DNA of 64,000 nt. Origin: Ascidiella aspersa. Lineage: Eukaryota. The notes below the pieces were generated by a model. That model had not been told where the DNA came from and made no database searches. It worked only from the letters and a program-made list of their open reading frames with translations. A program made the position numbers and the translations under genes. Below are positions 39,403 to 54,065 of the stretch, in pieces. Every line of letters starts with the position of its first letter. The stretch's first letter is position 1. The stretch lies in contig OZ004614.1 of NCBI GenBank assembly GCA_963924565.1, positions 10,788,001-10,852,000 on the forward strand, in the 5' to 3' direction.

Positions 39403-42400
39403 TCAGGCTGCTTCAAGTTCAGGGTCGGCGAGTTTTCTCGCCGGGTTTAAACTACCCGAACTTTTCGGGGACTGTGAAGAGAGTGGCGACCGAACCGGGG
39501 AGCGGATGGACTCTACTTCCACGTCATCGTCGCTACTGCTGTCCATGACGTCATTCAGGCAGTGGATGTGGCCGTCCGGTGTTGTGACGTGTATTCTGTG
39601 TAACCAACATCACCGGTGGAGACAAATAGATTTACGGGTTCGATAGAAATATAAATTCTAAGCTACACTATTTTGTGGTATGGCGTAGGCATACGTTTTT
39701 TTACTAACTTAAAGAAAGTAAGAGTAAACTAAAGGGTAAAGGGGTAGTGGCTTCTTCTTCCCATTGGCCATAAAGGAGGCAGGATATGCCTGAAGTGTCA
39801 GTGATGGTCCAGGCCCAGTTCAGGACAACCATTCTCCCAAAGGGATATGGTGCCGTCACTTGGAGGTATAGGGCCCGAGTTGAACTGCGCATCGACAGAA
39901 GGTCAACATTTTCGCCTTTTTGGTTGTGGTGTAGGTAATAAGGTAATAATATAAGTGTCAGTAAGGTAATCATTTTAGCATTTTACTGCCCAAAAACCCA
40001 ATGTTACGCAGGAAAAAAAAGCAGGACACAAACCCAACAGTTATCCGGTTAAAGACCACCGTCAGGTAAGTATCGTAGGCATTTTATCCATGCGAGGTTT
40101 GATGTTAGTCCAATTTTGTTGCACTATAGATACTCACCGAAACTCGCACGTCAGACTGTTCGGTGTTGAGCACTTGCTCGGCCACTTGGTGGAGTGAGAG
40201 CGTGGAAAGTAAGCCGTGAGTCTGGCCACGTCGGATAATGACGGTTTCTCTTTCGCCTGTGGAAAACGGGTTTACTATTACTGCATTCCGTCTCAAGAAG
40301 GCTGTTCCTTTGGGATAAATGCAAACATCCGATAGGAACAACGTCGTAAAAGAAAACAATTTTTACATGGTACACCTAAAGCCATTGCAGACTCACCGAA
40401 TCTGTTTGATTTTAACTCGCATTTTTACATGTTCTGCGGTTTAATTTCTACTTAAGTGTTACTTTTACGCCCTACTCGTAATAAAGAAGTCGCCACTCAG
40501 GGGAATGGCAGGAAAAATGCTATACATGTGTTATATTTTTCACAGGAGTTGAAGTAAATTACACTTAGCCTACGGACTGTGCGACCAGCATTCGCACGGG
40601 GGTGGTCGGATCAACAAATAAAAGAGGCGAAAGCCAAACATTAGTGGACCTGGCCCGTTTAGATTACCATGACCTAAAAGGAATGACCGAAAATATGAGT
40701 TGGCTATCACAAAATTAATTCCCAAAAAAGATGATTTAAATTGTATTAAAAATTGAGACCCATTTCACTTCTTAATACGGATTATAAAATTTTGAGTAAA
40801 ATAATTTCGAACAGACTAATAACGCAAAACAATACAAGACCAAATTTACACGTCACAGGAATGCGGTTTGAAATCACGCCAAATGCAAGAGAAACATTAC
40901 CACATTATTTCGGCAATAGAATGCTGTAAAAAAATCAAATTAAGCATTTCTAATTACAGATTTCGAAGAAAAAATAAAATGAATAAAAAGTACTGTAGAT
41001 TACTACGAACCTCCGTAAAAATTTCCGCAGAGGTTTAAAAATTTACGCGCTATCACTGCGGCTTACATCCGCGACAAGATCGCAATCTTTCTGTTCGCGT
41101 TGCCAAACGGGTGAGAGCGGCGTCAGATTGGCAAAGCAAAAAAAAAATTCGCTACGTGGCGCCGATTTACCGGGTTGAATAATTCAGCCGTCGTGCTCCG
41201 GGCATGAAACATTCATTTTCGAAGCACGTGTAGCGAACGCGCGGGTCTGCGTGACCGATTTTTCGTTTCGCTGCAAGGGGGTAAAAAATGTGACGCGAAC
41301 GAAATGCCAAAATAACAGACATTCATACACTGCTGTTACAGAAACTGCATCAAGGTTACAAAGGCATGCAGATAAACATACGGAAGGGCGATCGTGTCGA
41401 TGGTTCTCACCTTTCTGCAAGAATTTTTTTTTTCTGATCCCTATGGTCACTATTTTATAAACGGTAACAGGACTAACATTTTCCTATGTTATGGTATTGC
41501 GTCTGATGTTACTCGTGAAAGCCCGTGTATCTTTAGAGGGCACCCTATTTTTATTACTATAGAACAACTACTCTTCTATGTTTGCAATTCATAATGCTTT
41601 TACAATATTGGTATAACACGGGAGGATATTTAGAATTTTCCGTAGTGTCATAAAAAAGTGTTCTAACGAAATACATACGTTGTCCGCTTATGTATATAGT
41701 AAACTAACTAAACGATTCAACTAGTTTGTAGTTATATAAATAAGAACACGAAAACGAGAAATTGAAGGTTGTATTGTCAAGTCAGGTAGCCCAGAGGTTT
41801 CTTTGTGGTCTACTTGTTACTCTATACTGAGTCCTTACCCAGATTTCAATCTCAATAGTTTGAACAGGTCAAAAAACATACCTTGTGAATTTTAGCTTCC
41901 TCTGTTCTCTGTATTATCGTACGCAGTCGCTTCTTGCTAAAAGCCAGCCAGAGGCAGCCTACAATGGCGAGGACAAGTCCTATCGAAAGGATCGCCATTC
42001 CTCGGGTGGATACCTGGAAAAGGCGAGGAGGAGGTTTGGCATCAATGGGGATGTTTAGCTTTAATAGAAATTACAAAGGTCTTTCCCCATGACAAGCTGA
42101 ACGTGTACAATAGAAAGATATCTCCTCGCCCTTACACGTAGGCCTAAATGACAAAAAATGACAAGGCTTTAAATGGGAGCAAATATATAAAAAAAGTCTA
42201 TTTCTTTTAAATTATAACATTTGTCTTTCTTTATGCGCGCCCTTTTTGAAAGCGAAATGCATATTTTAGGCAACTTTTTTTTATTTTTATTTATTTTAGG
42301 TTGAATTTTGGTAAAAAAGTTACAGTTTACAGAAAATGTTCCAAAGTCTTATCCTTATACACAGCGTGACATAAAACCCCGAAACCGATTTCTGTATAAC

Positions 42401-45400
42401 TATATAGATTTGCCATACGTCCTGATTTAGGCTGGACAGTCCTGGTTTTGCCCCGCCGTCCTGATTAGTAACCAAAACGTGCCACTTTTTAGTCAGCCCA
42501 AATTTTTCATACATTACAATTGATGTCCGATATTATCGGATTGACGCCGATACCCGATTCAAAATGATAGTATCGGTACTCGTCCGATACTAGGATGGTA
42601 TCGGTGCCGGTCCGATACCAAATTAATATAGGTATTTATTCCATTATTTAAAATCAACTGCAGCTATTCTACTTTCAAAGGTAAATTTATAACAAAAAAA
42701 TTAGTAGATTAACAATTGGAGGTGGCTAAACCTTCGAACGCTAAAGCAAAATTTTAAAACCTGAAAAAAAAAATACATTGACGTTTCAATTCCATCTATT
42801 TTGCTTGTTTGAGCATAGTAATGACGTCATTTGGTAACGGATGGGATCGCGATACTGTGCGCCCAAAATATCGGGTATCGGAATAAAATTTGAATAATAC
42901 TGCATACTGTTGCCACATTTTTTTATATCCAATTGGATGTCCGATTTTAGGCTAACATTTAGGATACCAGTAAGCTACTGCTAGTATTATGACTATGGCG
43001 CAGTTTGTGTATATTTAGTTTTTGAGTGATGCTGCAGTTCACATATAGTTTCACATAATTATATTCCACCAAAAACCTACAAGAAAAACACCTAAAAAAA
43101 TCAATAGCAAAATATTTTCCAAAATAAACGCTATATATAGTTTTAGTAAATCAACACGCGTCCAACCATGAGTCGGTAACTTAGACCACGGCTTTTAAAG
43201 CGCTTCTATAAAACGTTGAACTATTTCTGCAGAACGCCATTTTCAAATTCCAGGGGTTTCCAATTTACTTTGTTTCCAGCTTTTGCGGAAACGCAAGTAT
43301 ATGTGTTTATGTTATTTTTAATATATCAAAAGACGTATTTCGCAGCTCGATCAGACAGAATTTATTTATATTGTTGTAGCTAGAATCCCCCTTATATATA
43401 TGCTAAAGCGTTCTCTACCTTATTAGAATAAAATCACAGCTTCAAGCGGTACTATATTTCTACCAGGTTCACTTCTTTCTTGTAAGATAAAATCACAGCT
43501 TCAAGCTATCCTATATAAGTCGCCCTTTACATAACAATAAAAGACACTGCTTCAAGCTGTCTATATTTCTACCAAAGTCGCACTTGTGATAAAGCTTTTA
43601 GCGCTACAAGGTAAAAGGTGCTAGACAAATGGTCTAAAGTGTTAGATCTCAGCCTATTAAGAGTGTTTGCCGTTTTCTGCTGGCTCGTAACCTTTAAGCC
43701 TCCCTTGCTCATGTTTTCGAAAAATGCGTCATGATTTGTGGCCCCCTGAAGACTACACCGTGGCCCCTAGGGGGAGGGGGGCGAAGGACAGGTTGAAAAA
43801 CGCTGGTTTTAAAAAAATCATCCGAGATGCCAAAATAAATTTAAGGTTTAATGTGAGTACCGCATGGGGCATCTACAACAGAAAGGTTTCAAAAGCATTT
43901 GGTGAGAACAACAATGCCGTTTGTGATATAAAAAAAAACTGCCAGAGGATTATTTTGGGTTGGTTAGGACTTTAGGATTGCTTTTGTATTGTTTTTATAA
44001 ATTGTATAATTCATTCCATTTAATGCCATAAGGTTTATGCAGTTCGATTTTTTCTATTTGCATGTTACAAAACTGGAGGTCACCAATTTTGTAAGCTGAT
44101 CCGGTGCGTTTTTGTATCAATACTGTGATATTGATAAGCCATTAGCCCAAGCTGAACTTTCGGTGGCTGTTCCAGTGGTCTACCTGTCGAACTTAATGGG
44201 TTCATGGTTAATTTAATTAAAAAAAATAATTGCAGCGTTGTTATAATCACGACAATAACCTATTGCGAGTTCAACGTCAGGTTGAAGTGATACACTGATT
44301 TTGAAATTTATCAATTTTTGCAAGCCAATGCATTTACTTGTGTGACCTTCAGGCACTACTTGATTTGGAGTTATTTTAATAGTACACGCTCTTTTGGATA
44401 ATTGTGTCTATGCTAGGCCAGCAGTTGCCAAGGTTAAATCAATTTATCAAAATTGAAAAACAAATCCAATTTGGACGCTTGTTTAAAAAAGCCTAACTTT
44501 CAAAAATCCTAAATAATTTCTAAAAAAATCGTAAATAAAACCTTTATACACCAGAAATGTTCATTAGAGTTATCAAAAATATGACTTCATGTGACATATG
44601 TTTTATGCTTCTATTCATATAAAACAATCTTTGCTGTTTGAGCTGATATGGATGGTATTTTTCTGGGTTGTCTCTATTCTGGCGATAGATTAACAGTAAA
44701 AAAAATTGTTACATAGGGCAACGACCGAGTAGTTCATATTTAAAATTGCATAAAAACTTTCAGAGATATTTATTGACATACCTAGACCAACATAGACCTA
44801 TAGCTGAGAAATTGCTCAAGTTTGCCTGGGTGATAAGTCCACGTCATCGCCATCGACAGTGACATGCATACAACAACTACGTAAAATGCCTTGTGCAATG
44901 CAGCTAAAAATAGCAGCTCTTTGTTGTTGGTTTCGAGGTACTTACAAAATACTGCAGTAGCAGGTTGTCGATCAAAATGAGTAAAATCCCAACAGAACAG
45001 AAAATTGCGGCCAATATTAGTACGCAGACGCTGCGTCTCAGCAGTGGGTGAAGCTCGAAGCTGAAACATTTAAAAGCACAAGCAATATTATCACGTGTGT
45101 TTAAATTTGTGCTTTATTTTTTTGTCGAACACCCAGCAAAATTTGTTGATTTGTTAATCCCTAACCAGGTGAGATATATTTCTTTAACAATTATATTTTC
45201 CTGTGTATATTTCATTTTATCTATCACCCAGAGCGCCTTTAAACGAGATAGGCGAGCATAAAACAGGATATAAACGCAACAGGATGTAAGACAGAGAAAG
45301 GACAAACATCGTGTGTTTTGGTAGAATGACTACAGTTTTGTGATTTTTGTTAATCACTTTATGTATTTTCCCTTATCTTCCTAGAAACAAATAGGGACAC

Positions 45401-48400
45401 ATGACAATTAAATTTTGCCGCAGTTAAAACATGACGATATAATCTTGTGATGTATAGAAAAACTTCCCAAAAATACAATTATATTGAAAAAAGCTACCTT
45501 GCATTTCGGAATGTCTGATATGTCGGCTCAACAAATCCATAGAAAACAAATCAATTTCCATCCAAAATAACAACAACTTTATTGCTGCTTTGGCGCTTTG
45601 ATCGTTATTTAATGAACAAAATGGACTATGCAGTCATAGATTGAAAAGAATTTAACGTGTAAAATGACAATAAACAAACACAGTGATGTTATACTAAGCG
45701 AGTGCATCAAACGTTCCTTGAATATCGCGTTGAAACTACATTATTCAAGTCTCGATTTTGAAATATTTAGACTACATTTTCTTGAAAGTGAAACACAGGT
45801 GACTGTTTTCATTTCCTCGAAATATATTTTTTGGTACGTTTAATTAAAATTCACGCAAATTTATATGAACCTGATAAACACTTTCATTTAATTGGTATAA
45901 CAATATGAAGGTATTGGTTTGAAGGTGTATATTAAATCTATACATATAAGTTGGGTTACGGAATTTGTCAATTCACATAAAATCAAGTTGTTCGTCTTTT
46001 ATTATCTCTGGGATAGAAAGTGCCACATATAATATATCTCGTATATAGCGCTTTGGCGCATGATTTTACTTTACTGTGACCTTTAGCCCATCCAATCACT
46101 CTTACCGCTTTCGTCGTAAATGCCGCGGCAATCTCTCTGTTCTGTTGCTGTTGTATTTCACGCCAGAACTGAAAAAAGAAAAGCACATTTAGGAAAAATA
46201 TGGCGTCACTTAAGCCTTAAGCCATTCGCGTCGTTAGCTTTTCTACGCGGCTTTACAACAGGCACAAAGTATATGAAATTTCTACGCATTTTTTTTAATC
46301 TTAACTTTTGGGTCAACGTGGTCCACGACTTGATAAACTCCAATATATCAAGCAATGTACATTTTTTTCTGTCCTTAATGCTTCACGTCCCCCTCTAAAA
46401 CTAAACTCCAAATCTAAATTAAAGTTTGCATTTTAAAACAAACGTAGTCGCAATTTTTTCGTGCTTCGCACGACGTTTTGTGGCCTTCTTTAAATTCGAC
46501 TTAAATTGCACATTTTCACACTCCTAGCGTAATAACAAGTTCTTTCGCTTAGTTGTTTTATGGCGTCGGAGTATGCCGTGATATTGCGTGTATTTCAGAT
46601 ACTTTTGAACTGGCCCGCCACAACATTTTAAGTTTCTCATGCGGTCCGTGGCTAAAAATACTTGCCCATCCCTGCCCTATACCCTAGAACAGTGTTTCTT
46701 AATCAGGTGAATGGTTCACCCCAGGGTGAATAAAATTTTAGCAGGGGTGAACCAATTAAAGGGGGTGAATAAGGGTGAACCGTCAGAAATGGATGATAGC
46801 TTGCGACAAGGGCGGATATTTTTTGTGCTGTTATATCTGTTATATATAGACGAGACAATTTTATCACATCATGAGACAAGGGTGAATGAAATCTGGAGAT
46901 AGGTGCTAGGGGTGAACAAAACTAAAAAAGTTTAAGAAGCACTGCCCTAGAACAATGTTCCCTAGCGTAAAGGCCGCGACCCAAAGTTGGGTCGCCGTAT
47001 AGTTCTTTTGGGCCGCCTTTAAAGATAAAAATAATAGACAAAGTTAAAACAAATGAATAATTTCTACTAATAAGAAAAATGTAAGCGAAATAGGCAATAT
47101 CACGACATTGCAAAATGTTCAACAAAACGATTGCTTGAGTAAATAGGCTTTAACACGTGTGGATTGCGGAGTAATTCTATAAAGGTAATAAACTAAGACA
47201 GAGTATAGGTCGTATCCTATTAAACATTTTATATTAGGATTTTGTAATACAAATAGCGGATTTATACGAATCGCGTATTTTCGTTGCTGACGTTAGAACT
47301 TTAGGTCAACAGTTGTCATATATCAAGTTAAAACGAACTAAATGGGCCTTGATTACCTACTTTCCACACGCATATCAACTTCACGTAGGCATTTTTTGTT
47401 GTCCGACTTGAGCCACTTTTTATCTCCATGCGCGCTTTTCATTTTCGTAGAGGACTCCAGCCATTAGACCAGTGTTTCCCAATCTTTTTGACACTAGTTC
47501 CCCCTTGGGCTCAATATTATTCCATATCGCCCCCCTCATATTGCTTTAGAGTAAAGTATTATAATAATCGTTGCCTAACATCATATTGTCTTCACTTTCG
47601 TTTCGATAAGCTGTCAGTCTTATTTTAGGTCGTCTAACATACATTCACTATGGGAATTTATAGATACATTAATTCACCAGAATATGTCATTACCAGGAAA
47701 AATTCAACTTTCTGTACCATTACTTTAAATCAGGGGTCGTCAACCTTTTTTTGTCACGGGAACCAATCAAACTCTGAAAGGTATCTGTGGGCCGCACAAA
47801 ATGTTAACTAAGAATTGCGTTATTGGAATGTTAGAACAACTGTGAATTAGGCGGACCTCGGATTTTTTTCATTCATGCTATATGAAAAGTGTTATAAGAC
47901 TAGTTTGAGGAAACGTGATAACCTTAGTGTTTGTAGATAGTGTAATTTAGTGATGGTTAAGCTCTTTAAGTCCTGGCTAGCGAAGCGAGCGCGATTTTTT
48001 TGGTGTATACAAACATTTCTTTTTAGTTTCGTGCTAGTATTCACTACATTGCCGAAAAAATCATAAAATGTTAAAAAATATATGTCTCATATTTTTGAAT
48101 ACGTTTTCCGTTTGTCCACAACGGTAAAAAAGCGCTAATATATTCCAAAGACAGCATCAAAACGTAAACAAACTGGACGTAGTAAGATCATTGGCGCGAA
48201 GCGCGAAAAATTTTTGCCCGTACTTAGTTAAAATAGTCAAAAAGTATTTAAAATGGACTCGTGTCTAGTTGTCAAAGAGGTGGCGGGCCGTAAGTTGGCG
48301 ACCCCCGCTTTAAATATACAAACATTTTGCCGCATATAAAACTGTGAACGCAACAACAACAACCAACTTTACATAAGAAAGTCAATTATTACGTAACAAT

Positions 48401-50408
48401 GGTCGGAAAACTACTACAAGTTCGCAGCCATTTAAGGTTAAAAGTTACCTACAGTCCTGTTTGTTACTATTGTTATGTGAACTTTTTATAAAATTTAGCC
48501 TATAAGTACTTTTATGTAACGCCCCCTTATGTGCATTCAGCGCCCCCCAAATTAGAAACAGACCCAAAACGCCCCCCTGTAACTCGCCAACGCCCACAAG
48601 GGGGCGGTACCGCCCACGTTGGGAACCTCTGCATTAGACCGACATAAAAACGACATCAACGTCGGAATAAAACAGTTCGAATTAAGAATAAAACAGGATC
48701 ATTACCTTATAGTCGTAATCAAGTCTAAATCGGAATAAGTGCCAAAGCCGTCGGAATAAGACCTAAATGGCCAGGATCAGGCCTATACAACAGTTTACCT
48801 AATCCCAAACCCCACCCCAAGTAAATCACTAACTCCCCTAATTATTTCAACCCTAACCCAATTTTAACCCCTACCAATAACCCCCTGCGTCAATACCACA
48901 TGATTACCAAGAATTATGACAAAAAATAACTGGTTGAACCTATATGCAACCTACCCACAAGCCCCAAGTACAAAAACTGTAAACGTTACTACAAAGTATT
49001 TGTGGCAAACAAGGAAGGATATTGGATTAGGGGTTTGGTTTGTTTATGCAAAGTGAAATATGTGTAACGTGATCAGATGTTAGAATTATAACCAGAATAA
49101 TTATTGATTAATTTACTTATTCACAGTTTGATTTGCCTCTTATTTTGATTTGTCTTAATTTCAATAACATGTCGGATTCACCAAGACATTTGATTTTCTT
49201 CATTTCAAATATTCAGTGTAATTAAACTTGGCCGATGTCAAATTCCGTTACAATTTATGTCACATTTAAAATCAATAGATTACGCCATGGCACAACTACT
49301 ATCAACACATCATTTTATACATTATAAATGAAATCAATATAAGTCGTAAAATTTCTTTCCAGAAGTTTAAACTTTCTTTATGATTGTCAGATGACTTGTT
49401 GCTACAACCATTTGTTATGATGCGATTCACTTCGCATACAAAGCGATGCATCAACACTTTCAGAACTGCCTAAAATGGGACCACCCACGTTTGAAGCATG
49501 CTGTGGCGTTATTCATATGTCATATATTTCGCCGTCAACACAATGAATCGCATGTTATCGCTAAATAATAGCTGTTGTCAAACTAAACGCCGTTTTGTAC
49601 TACGCATCACGTCATCCACAACGGCCGAGTGATAAGTTAAACTTAATGGGGATGAAAGTTCATTATTATATAACAAATCTGAATGCAAAAACGTACGTAT
49701 GTTCAATTTTCGCCAAAAACGTTAGTTACCTAGGCTAAAGGCGTTAATATTGAGTAAAGTGTAATTAGTTTTACATACATCAAGGAGTAAAACACTCTTG
49801 TTCTATATAACGCCAGTAACCCGGTATTAAATAAATCAAGACGGTAAAATTGTAGGGTGTTGGACAGAACAATCCAGAAATAGAAAAGGACAAACTTAAA
49901 GTGGGAAAGAGAAAAGAGGGCGGCATGCCGTCCCCAAACAAAGGTTTGATTTTCATCACGCTTTACGATCATAGGGTGGAGATTTACTCGCTATAATCTC
50001 ATACTAATGGTGTTGGTACAAAATTCCGCGCTTAGTTATTTTTAACCCTTTTTCATATGATGGTACAATTTACCACCATTTTTTACAAATTTCCACCAAA
50101 GGTGGATTATTACAACCTTCAAATTTTACAGTGTATAAAGACTTCAACTTTTAGCCAACTGTCTAAAAAGCGTTTATTAAAGTAAATCAATCCATTGACA
50201 AAAGCAACTTTACAAAACCAAAACAAAATTAATGATCTCACCTCATGCCCTCCCGGGCAGAGTGCGGACTTCGTCTGTTGGGTAGGGGGGTCCGTATCGG
50301 GGTCATCCGGCCTCCCGTGACGTCATCCCAAGGCCCGTAGTTGCTCCCGCCCTGTCCCCCATCCAGCCGGAGATGGCTGTTGTTAAGCATCGAGAACATT
50401 CCCGCCAT
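39403..50408 (-). CDS. Uncharacterised 241-aa two-pass membrane protein (PIRT/TMEM100-like topology); exons (-): 50408-50242, 45060-44946, 42013-41882, 40256-40138, 39595-39403
   Basis: Five GC-richer exons with GT-AG sites join in phase (167+115+132+119+193=726 nt) from ATG to TGA. Hydrophobic segments are VCVLILAAIFCSVGILLILI and GMAILSIGLVLAIVGCLWLAF, followed by basic SKKRLR and an acidic, Ser/Pro-rich tail. Confidence 0.8.
42522..42620. repeat. CCGATAC/GTATCGG-rich MITE end; related end at 36795-36890
   Basis: Both begin gatgtccgata and carry repeated ccgatac/tatcgg units. Confidence 0.55.
43429..43590 (+). repeat. Degenerate minisatellite, about 3 units of 50-60 bp
   Basis: taaaa(t/g)cac(a/t)gcttcaagc..ctatat recurs three times. 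Confidence 0.6.
46690..46944. mobile_element. hAT (Buster-like) MITE
   Basis: TIR cagtgtttcttaa/ttaagaagcactg, perfect TSD CCCTAGAA and internal GGGTGAA repeats. Confidence 0.85.
47470..48631. mobile_element. hAT (Buster-like) MITE hosting a nested MITE
   Basis: TIR cagtgtttcccaa/ttgggaacctctg and perfect TSD CATTAGAC. Confidence 0.85.
47731..48307. mobile_element. Nested hAT MITE
   Basis: TIR caggggtcgtcaac/gttggcgacccccg and perfect TSD CTTTAAAT. Confidence 0.85.
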
Positions 50409-51585
50409 GACCGTGTTGGTTTTCTGCGGCGGGAAAATTTACCGACCGTGATTCTCACCGCTATAATCTGATCAATGCAACGCGTGTTAAACGTTAGTTT
50501 TCGGTGAAAATAAGCAGTATTTTTTATTAGGAAAGCGAAAGCTGAAAAATTCTGCAATAAAAACATGTTTGGTGCCAAATATACTAAATAACAAGGTCAT
50601 AGTTTGCTAACAAAAGCATATTCTTAGATCCGAAAAGCTTTGAGCAACGTAAATTATCCCAATCTTATTCATCATAGCTTTCCAAATTTTCAAAAATGTC
50701 TATATGATTTGTAAAAAAATATTTGGCTAAACCAAATGTAGGTTTGCCCTTAAAATAATAATATTACCAGCTGCTGGTTGGTATGCTTTTCACAGACTTG
50801 ATAACAACAGACCAGGTCAGTGACCTCGCCAAAATTAACCAGTAAATTTATCAATGTACAGAGCGGCCTCGCCTGCTTCTAGTTGTTATTTAATTAAAAG
50901 AGCTGAGTAGACGCTGCCTAATTTCAAAGTTAGGAGAGTGCAACTGGGTGCGAATACGATGGATGCTTGCTTACTTATTAAATTATACTAATTGCGTTTA
51001 TCAGTTAAAGCGTGATTGAAACGTAGAATCGCATAATCAGAAACTAATCACAGACAACCACCCACGCAATTATGTAGTAATTTTACTACGAAATGAAAGA
51101 ATCCAAGAGGACCTGGATAAACACATCAAGGGTCCAAAAAATACCCCTCATTTGGATTGATTTTTGTAATCGTATTAGGAGTTAGGGTTTTTCGTGCCCT
51201 ATCCACAGTCAAGGGGTTACTGGCAGGTCACGGCGGTGCACTTAGCATAATTAACGCGTAGGTTCAATAGTGAGCGCTTTAACAAAAATCGGTATTGCTA
51301 CACGGTAAAACGTTTTACGTTGTTTGTTTTTTGTGGACAATTAGCACAAATACCAGGAAATCACATATCACAGTGAACGAAAATTAAATGTATAATATTA
51401 TAGGTACACCTGGTGTTTTTCAAAGCCTCGTTCAAAAACCGAATTTAAAAAGTGTTTACAAAGTGATTAAATTGAGCTATTTTCATCAGCGAAATGTCTC
51501 TGCGACCCACATGTGATTTGCCTTAAACACGTAGCATATGGAAAAATACTTTAAACACTACCTCAACGACCGGAAAGGATTAAAC

Positions 51586-51902
51586 CAGTGATTCTCAACA
51601 TTTTATGGCTTACGGCACCCCTTAAAAATATTAAATAGATTTTCGGCATACCTACTGGAATTTTCGTTTTTTTTTTCTTGAAATGTCACTATAAATGGAA
51701 TTGGAACAACACAATCAATTTAAAACATGTAGGAAAATGTCATTTGATATAAGGGTCTCTAATCATACACAAATAGTTGTATCAAGAAGCTTACCAATTA
51801 AGCACAAATCAGATTCTTAAAAAGTTTTAAATGCCTATCGGCAACCTTGGCCATTAGAAATGGCACACCAGGGAGCCGCGGCACCCCGGTTAACAACCAC
51901 TG
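51586..51902. mobile_element. hAT (Buster-like) MITE
   Basis: TIR cagtgattctcaac/gttaacaaccactg; TSD gattaaac/tgttaaac (6/8). Confidence 0.7.
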
Positions 51903-52071
51903 TGTTAAACCAATGCATTGAACTTATGGCTTTTCTTGTGTCCAGTAATTCATTGCCCTTTCGAATTCCAAATAAAATAATATAACAAGCATATGTCATA
52001 CAAATATGGTGCAATTTAATAGTAAAAATTAGAAGCATCGCATAACTTGTAACGTTTGCGGCAGTCACTTA

Positions 52072-52380
52072 CATTTGAAACTTCACAAAACCCAACTTCT
52101 TACGATGCACAGCAAGGTGGACTTCTTTAATCCAGAAAGTTAAAACCAAGAACACTTAACACTTCTGCTGTTTGCGCATACCTAGAACCGGCTATCTCAG
52201 TTTGCACGGTTTGAAAACAGATTGACCTAAACGAGCGAGACTTCTGTGCACATCGCGGACTGTTCGCGGGCCGCGCTTCATTGACCACAAAGCTGTGGAT
52301 AGCACAAATTGAACGACAAAGCATTCACTGCGTCCGCGCGCTACCCCCTGAAAGTGACGCGCTTGCGAGTAGAGCGATGG
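52072..52380 (-). promoter_or_regulatory. Possible promoter / 5'UTR exon of the two-TM gene
   Basis: CpG-rich patch about 1.7-2 kb upstream of the ATG, with a minus-strand donor (aaat|gtaagt) at 52071 and acceptors just upstream of 50408. Confidence 0.3.
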
Positions 52381-54065
52381 GTCAATTTTAACTGGGTAGA
52401 GCGTACATATGCGTCCACTAAAAACTTCGTCTAACTTTAAACTTAAGTTTTAGAAGTACTTTACTTGGTCTATTAAAAATGACTGTTTTTGTGACTACTT
52501 TAACCTGATTTATACAACATTGTAATTTCGGTGCATCTCGATCGGGATGTTTAATTACTCGTTTTTTTAGTTCCCCTGCTGTGCGTTGACTAAAAAGCTT
52601 TGTTCGTCATTTTAAACTGGGCGCTATTCAACGCAATGCAAAACTCCCGATCCACTTTTATAGCCTAAGCACAAACAGGAAAGCACTTGAGCTTGTTGGC
52701 CTCTTCGCTGAACACCATGGTAATCCTTGCATAACTTTTACTAAATCCGAAAGCATTTGAAGCGATAAAGCCGCGGTATTTTGAATTTAGAAGATCTGCA
52801 AGGCCAACGAAGCAATAAAGGTTCAACATGTTGTCAAAGCTGCTTTACATTTTTCTTTGCATGATATTGGCCAAACTGAGGCTTATTTTTTTAAAAATAA
52901 TTTTTTAAAGATGAAAAGCAAATAAACATTGTATTTTATAAGCTTCTTTCGAGCACTTGTCCTCCACGTGCTATAAAGTTTCTAATTCCGTCTTGCAACT
53001 GTAATTACAGTGCCTCACTGCCTCAGCCACTTGATTTATACACTCGGCGTACTAACTGAAAGCTACTTCGCACCACACGTGAAGGTTTGGCTTACTGGTG
53101 GTACGAAATGTTGTAAATAACACATTTTAAAACGACTCAAGACCTAGTCAAGTAAATCGGAAAACAAATGAAGCCAAAGTCAAGTTGTTTTAAACACATA
53201 GCGTGGCAGCTTATCAGGTCACAAGTCGCAATGCCAATTTGAATACAAATTAGAACATCGGTGAACGAGACTGAACAGTGAACACGTTTCATCCTGAGCA
53301 ATTTCGCAGAGCAAACACCAAAATGGAACAAATAGCAAATTTTTACTTTTATTTATTAGTGTAATTAACCCAATTTCACTAAAATTTAGTTAACTAACGC
53401 ACTCAATTTGAAGTTTATGTCAGGTCATCTATCTAATTGAGTTATGTCAAGTCAAGTCAAGTCATTTAAAACACGGAATTAAGTGCAATTTGATCAAGGT
53501 ATGTTACGCAGCGCAAGAATAAATCCTTGATGTTTGTTTGGGTGTCACAACACATTACATGCTTGGCGTCATAAATTAAACAGTGGCTGTTTTCATGAAA
53601 AACGCCGCGTTAAGTCGAGCGCATGTAAATTCGCAACTAATATATCGTATAGTTCAGGGGCGTGCCGTACACCCTTTTACCCTTTTCCCCAGGCCTTGAG
53701 AGCTAAAATATATGTGACCTGTGGCAGTCTGCATACATATATTTGACCCTTCAGTGCTAAACTTTGCCCTGCTATAGTCTACCATACATTTTTGCTTGTT
53801 TACAATCAATTTTTTGCTTGGATTTGCACTCAAAGGGACCAAACAGTACACAGATACGCATATTTCTATATCCAAGAAACAGGGCAAAAATGTGTGTCGA
53901 ATACAGTATACATGTGTTTGATACTATGTCTTTTTACATTCAGAACACTTTCGAATGTAATTAGGCATTACACCTGTGGAGACAAATGAGTGTGACTAAC
54001 AAAACCTTGACCAAATAGCCGCGCAAAAAATATACGACGCCAAACTGCTTTGTTTCTCTCTACAA

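Noticed and set aside
39104-39646. 180-aa + strand ORF (longest in the track) and the overlapping 135-aa ORF
   Set aside because: Antisense shadow of the last exon and 3'UTR of the two-TM gene; no recognisable domain.
39725-39905. Possible SINE or tRNA-derived element (- strand GTTCAACTC, cctttaccc tail)
   Set aside because: Single copy here, with no cloverleaf, A-box or TSD that could be supported.
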